The notes under the pieces: generated by a model
What the model saw: only the letters and a program-made list of their open reading frames with translations
Databases searched by the model: none
What the model was told of the DNA's origin: nothing
Shown here: piece after piece, positions 60,287 to 64,000 of the stretch
Layout: each line of letters begins with the position of its first letter
Position numbering within the stretch: position 1 is the first letter of the stretch
Position numbers and translations under genes: made by a program
Assembly (NCBI GenBank): GCA_963662715.1
Contig: OY759724.1
Location: 1,818,662-1,882,661, forward strand
Source of the DNA: Candidatus Omnitrophota bacterium
GTDB lineage: Bacteria; Omnitrophota; Gorgyraeia; Zapsychrales; JANLHA01
Length of the DNA stretch: 64,000 nt
Reading direction: 5' to 3'

Positions 60287-61924
60287 ATGAGTCGTTTTAA
60301 TATTGATGGTTTTTTCGGACGGGAGGAAACCATTGATTTGTTGAAAAGACGTGTTCTTGATTTAAAAGAAGGGTATCGTCAGAATATCGCTTTTTTAGGA
60401 GGGCGTTACCTGGGGAAAAGCAGTATTCTGGAAAAGTTCATCTCCGACCTGGATGATCCGCAGATCGTTTCGCTTTATTTGGATTTGGAAAACAAGGATT
60501 TTGAATATTTTTATTTTAAACTGGTCGGAGGGCTTCTTTATCATTATTGCCGGTTAAATAAAAAGCCCGTGCATGACGATATCGGGCTTCTGCTGGAGGG
60601 GCTTAAAGCGGATTTGCCGGCGACAGCCAAAAGCATAAAAAGAATCCAATCCTTGCTTTCCCATCAGCGGTGGCAGGACGCTTATAACGACATTATCGCT
60701 TTGCCGCAGATCTTTACCAAGGAATCGAACCTGTTTTGCCTTATTGTGCTTGATGAATTTCACGCCATGGAAGAACTGGGGGCGGAAGCGGTTTTCAGTG
60801 AGCTGGGAAAATGTATTATGACACAGAAAAAGTGCCTGTATGTCGTCACGAGTTCTTGTCCTGTCCTGGCCTCGAAAATTATTTCTGAGCGGCTTTCCCT
60901 GCTTTTTGGGAATTTCGAAATCGTTCCCGTTGACCCCTTCTCGGCGAAAACAAGCCGGGAATATATTAATTTCCTTCTTAAAGATATCAAGCTGAACGAA
61001 GATCTTAAAAGTTTTTTTATCGATTTTACCGGGGGCCATCCTCTTTATCTTTATATCATCGGGACGGAGCTGATCACTCTGTCTCGTCTGCACGGCCAGA
61101 CCGAGATATTCGCTCCTTTATTGATTCAGGCCATTGAAAATGTCCTTTTTGATTCCTGGGGCGGGTTGAGCCGTCATTTTGAATTAACGATTAATGCGCT
61201 TTGCGAAGGGAAAGGGAACTGGATTTGTGCGGCTGTTCTTATGTCTTTGGCCAGGGAGAAACGCAAAGTCAATGAGCTGGCGGAACAGGTGGCTGTGAAG
61301 CAACGCCTTCTGGCTCCCAAGCTGAACCGGCTTATTGAGCAGAATTTCATATCGAGAAACGGGAAAGTTTTATATATTAAAGATAAATTGTTCGGGTATT
61401 GGCTTAATTTTGTCTCGCAGAAAAAGCTGAAGATTCTGCGGTTTGACCGGGACCGGCAGAGATCCGGTTTTAAGGAAGAACTCGGCCAGGCGATCCAGGA
61501 GTTTCATCATTGTTCCAAGAAGGATTTTCCGTCGCGGATTATTGAACTGCTCTATTGTTTTGAAGACGAGGCTGTGCAGATTAATAACCGGAGGTATAAG
61601 CTGCCGCTTTTTCAGACGATCACCTCAACCAAGGCGCGTAAAGGACAGGGGAGGTATTACGATTTGATTAAAGCTTCAACCGAGGACGGGGACTGGTGCA
61701 TTGTGCTGAACGGAGAACAGATGACGGAACAGGATATCACGACGATATTAAAAGAATCCAAAAAGGTTGTCCAGAAACCGCAGAGAAGGATTCTGATTTC
61801 TCTCTGTTCCTTGGATGAAAACACGCGGGTGAAGGCTCTGCAGGAAAGCATGTGGATCTGGAGCGAGGAAGAATTGAACGTGCTTTTGAATTTTTATAAC
61901 AAACCTTTTATTGTTTCTGCATGA
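60287..61924 (+). CDS. AAA+/Arch_ATPase-like NTPase (COG1672-like) with an uncharacterised C-terminal domain of about 170 aa
   Basis: N-terminal FFGREETIDLL, Walker A GGRYLGKSS and Walker B LIVLDEFH. 545 aa. No recognisable motif in the last ~170 residues. Confidence 0.65.
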   Translation: MSRFNIDGFFGREETIDLLKRRVLDLKEGYRQNIAFLGGRYLGKSSILEKFISDLDDPQIVSLYLDLENKDFEYFYFKLVGGLLYHYCRLNKKPVHDDIGLLLEGLKADLPATAKSIKRIQSLLSHQRWQDAYNDIIALPQIFTKESNLFCLIVLDEFHAMEELGAEAVFSELGKCIMTQKKCLYVVTSSCPVLASKIISERLSLLFGNFEIVPVDPFSAKTSREYINFLLKDIKLNEDLKSFFIDFTGGHPLYLYIIGTELITLSRLHGQTEIFAPLLIQAIENVLFDSWGGLSRHFELTINALCEGKGNWICAAVLMSLAREKRKVNELAEQVAVKQRLLAPKLNRLIEQNFISRNGKVLYIKDKLFGYWLNFVSQKKLKILRFDRDRQRSGFKEELGQAIQEFHHCSKKDFPSRIIELLYCFEDEAVQINNRRYKLPLFQTITSTKARKGQGRYYDLIKASTEDGDWCIVLNGEQMTEQDITTILKESKKVVQKPQRRILISLCSLDENTRVKALQESMWIWSEEELNVLLNFYNKPFIVSA

Positions 61925-62418
61925 ACGGTCAAGAAGTTATAAAGATAGGCGTTGTCTCAGACACTCATGGGCGTCCTCTGCCCGAGCAGATGCTGGCGGA
62001 CTTTAAGACGGTAGACCTTATCGTTCACGCCGGGGATTTGTGCTCCATCCGCGATCTGGAGACATTGTCCTGTATCAAGGAGGTCAAGGCGGTCTTCGGG
62101 AATATGGACGGGGAGGATATCCGCAGCCAGTTGCCGGAGGATGTCGTCTTCCGTTGCGGGAATTATTCTTTCGGTGTTTATCACGGGGGCGGGGCGCCTA
62201 AACAGCTGCTTGAAAAGGTGAGAGATCATTTCAAGAAAAAGAAGCTGGATGCCATTATCTTCGGGCATTCCCATGAGCCTATGAATGAGGTTGTAGACGG
62301 TATCTTATTTTTCAACCCCGGCAGTCCCAACGATCATTTCTGTGCTTCGTGTTGCACCTACGGGGTATTGGATATTTCTGAACAAGGGATTCAAGGCCGG
62401 ATCATAAAAGTGAAATAA
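61921..62418 (+). CDS. Metallophosphoesterase, YfcE/MJ0936 family
   Basis: VVSDTHG, HAGD, GNMD and GHSH calcineurin-like motifs. 165 aa. ATGA overlap with the ATPase gene. Confidence 0.85.
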   Translation: MNGQEVIKIGVVSDTHGRPLPEQMLADFKTVDLIVHAGDLCSIRDLETLSCIKEVKAVFGNMDGEDIRSQLPEDVVFRCGNYSFGVYHGGGAPKQLLEKVRDHFKKKKLDAIIFGHSHEPMNEVVDGILFFNPGSPNDHFCASCCTYGVLDISEQGIQGRIIKVK

Positions 62419-62423
62419 AGTGA

Positions 62424-62933
62424 ATGGATAGATTGTGGGCTCCGTGGCGTTTGCAATATGTCACGGTTGAAATACATAAAAAGAGCGGCTGTGTTTTTTG
62501 CTCGATTCACAAGGAACGCAAGGATAGCAAGCACTTTATCTTTGCGCGCTCCCTTTACAGTTATGCGGTCTTGAACCTGTACCCGTACAATAACGGCCAC
62601 ACGCTTATTCTTCCCTACAGACATGTGAATGACCTGGATAAACTTCGTCCGGAAGAACGAATGGACTTTTATGATCTTATGTCGCACAGCAAAAAATTGC
62701 TTCAGATGGTCCTGAAGCCCGATGGATTTAATATCGGGATGAATTTGGGGAAAGTGGCCGGGGCCGGCTTCCCGGGCCATCTCCATATGCATGTTGTCCC
62801 CCGGTGGAAAGGGGACGTGAATTTTATGCCCATCTTAAACGGGACAAGGGTGATTTCTCAGTCGATGAAAGTCCTTTGCCGGCAACTGAGGGCCGCTGAT
62901 GTCCAGATGAAAAAAGGTCCCCGGAAAAAATAG
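62424..62933 (+). CDS. HIT-family nucleotide-binding protein (Ap4A phosphorylase/hydrolase-like)
   Basis: N-terminal LWAPWRLQY and a histidine triad HLHMHVVPRW. Confidence 0.8.
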   Translation: MDRLWAPWRLQYVTVEIHKKSGCVFCSIHKERKDSKHFIFARSLYSYAVLNLYPYNNGHTLILPYRHVNDLDKLRPEERMDFYDLMSHSKKLLQMVLKPDGFNIGMNLGKVAGAGFPGHLHMHVVPRWKGDVNFMPILNGTRVISQSMKVLCRQLRAADVQMKKGPRKK

Positions 62934-63015
62934 TCTGTCTTGACAATGTGAGGCGTGCATGCGAACCAGATGCGATATTGAAGAATTTGAGGTTAAAAAC
63001 CTAGCCCCGTATGCC

Positions 63016-64000
63016 ATGAAAAGCCGGGAGTCGTCCGGGAGAATTTACCAGGAACCCCAGCACGATATCCGGACCTGCTACCAGCGCGACCGGGACCGTG
63101 TTGTGCATTGCGCGGCTTTTCGTAAGCTGGAATACAAAACGCAGGTTTTTATCGTTACGGAAGGGGATTATTACCGGACCCGTCTGACCCATTCGATTGA
63201 GGTTGCCCAGATCGGCCGGACGATCGGGCGCAGCCTGAAGTTAAATGAGGATTTGATTGAGGCGATCGCTTTGGCCCATGATCTGGGACACCCTCCTTTC
63301 GGGCATGCCGGTGAGGAAGCTCTCAATAAAATCATGCGGGATGCGAAGCTGGGCGGATTTAATCACAACCGGCACAGTTTTGAGATCGTGCATCAATATG
63401 AAAAACGCTATTTGGATTTTGACGGCCTTAATCTTTCCCGGGAGGTTCTGGTGGGTATCTTAAAACACCGCAGCCTTTATGATGTCCCGGTCCCGGGAGC
63501 CAAAGGGATCAGGGAAGGGACGACGGTCGAGGCCGAGGTGGTGGACGTCGCAGACTCTCTGGCGTATTTAAATCATGATGTGGATGACGGCCTGACGTCC
63601 GGGTGTATCCAGGAGGAAGACCTGATGTCGAGCCGGCTGTGGCAGAGGGCCTTGCAGAATATCCGCAGGTTTTCTCCCCGGCTGAACAGGGAGCTTCTTA
63701 AGAATCAGGTGGTGAAGCAGCTGATTGACCTGCAGATCAAGGACCTTCTGCAGACAACGGATCAGCGGCTGAAAAAACTCCGGTTGAAGTCTGTACAGCA
63801 AGTTAAGAAATATCAAGGGACCATCGTCGGGTTCAGCCCGACCATGGAAGAGGAACGGGACTATCTGCAGGCGTTGTTGAACAAGAAATTGTACCATCAT
63901 TACCGTGTGCTCAGAATGACGAACAAGGCTAAAAGAATCCTGAATGACCTCTTTGATGTCTATGTTAACGATCCGAATCAACTGCCCTATAACATATACT
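63016..64000 (+). CDS. dgt: dGTP triphosphohydrolase-like HD-domain protein (3' end beyond the window)
   Basis: Translated by hand; not in the ORF track because it is open at the window end. HD motif LTHSIEVAQIGR...ALAHDLGHPPFGH...VADSLAYLNHDVDD. Confidence 0.85.
   Translation, partial: MKSRESSGRIYQEPQHDIRTCYQRDRDRVVHCAAFRKLEYKTQVFIVTEGDYYRTRLTHSIEVAQIGRTIGRSLKLNEDLIEAIALAHDLGHPPFGHAGEEALNKIMRDAKLGGFNHNRHSFEIVHQYEKRYLDFDGLNLSREVLVGILKHRSLYDVPVPGAKGIREGTTVEAEVVDVADSLAYLNHDVDDGLTSGCIQEEDLMSSRLWQRALQNIRRFSPRLNRELLKNQVVKQLIDLQIKDLLQTTDQRLKKLRLKSVQQVKKYQGTIVGFSPTMEEERDYLQALLNKKLYHHYRVLRMTNKAKRILNDLFDVYVNDPNQLPYNIY

Noticed and set aside
59409-64000. Possibility of a tRNA-Gly-integrated mobile genomic island
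   Set aside because: No integrase, recombinase or recognisable direct repeat of the tRNA 3' end is visible within the window. The region is therefore reported only as a candidate accessory operon, not as a mobile element.
1-64000. CRISPR arrays, IS elements, rRNA genes, prophage genes
   Set aside because: No regularly spaced direct repeats and no transposase, integrase, capsid or rRNA-like sequences were seen on either strand.

Overview
This 64-kb window is a bacterial chromosomal core region in which every confidently called gene lies on the + strand. Roughly 85 CDS, 3 tRNAs and 3 small ribosomal protein genes missing from the ORF track (rpmG, rpmJ, and a Trm112-like gene) were hand-called. 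The window runs as follows.

(1) rng, rplU, obg, proB-proA, nadD, a phosphohexomutase, plsC, rpsA and tyrS.

(2) A contiguous ribosomal/transcription super-region: tRNA-Thr, rpmG, tRNA-Trp, secE, nusG, rplKAJL, rpoBC, rpsL-rpsG-fusA-tuf, then the S10/spc/alpha operons rpsJ...rplQ with secY-adk-map-infA-rpmJ. L30 is absent and S14 is the Zn type-Z form.

(3) Housekeeping and envelope genes: an aspartate aminotransferase, an orphan pilT, an IDH/IPMDH-family dehydrogenase, lipB plus a stand-alone lipoyl-domain protein, a three-gene glycolipid-type cluster (GT28 MGDG-synthase-like, HtrB/LpxL-family acyltransferase, GT2), TonB, DUF1844, a Trm112-like protein, aroQ, an M24 peptidase, efp, accBC, Asp23/AmaP, pfk, gmhA, hldC, a ThiE-associated domain protein, and thiE.

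(4) tRNA-Gly(CCC) followed by a tight five-gene operon: a LysM/M23 lipoprotein, a 545-aa Arch_ATPase/COG1672-like NTPase with an uncharacterised C-terminal domain, a YfcE-type metallophosphoesterase, a HIT protein resembling Ap4A phosphorylase, and a dGTPase (truncated at the window end).

The LpxL-type acyltransferase, the heptose-pathway genes and TonB indicate a diderm organism, probably uncultivated; the phylum cannot be assigned from this window. No CRISPR array, IS element, integrase or rRNA is visible. Most of the window is ordinary core genome. The most unusual piece is the operon downstream of tRNA-Gly at the 3' end.
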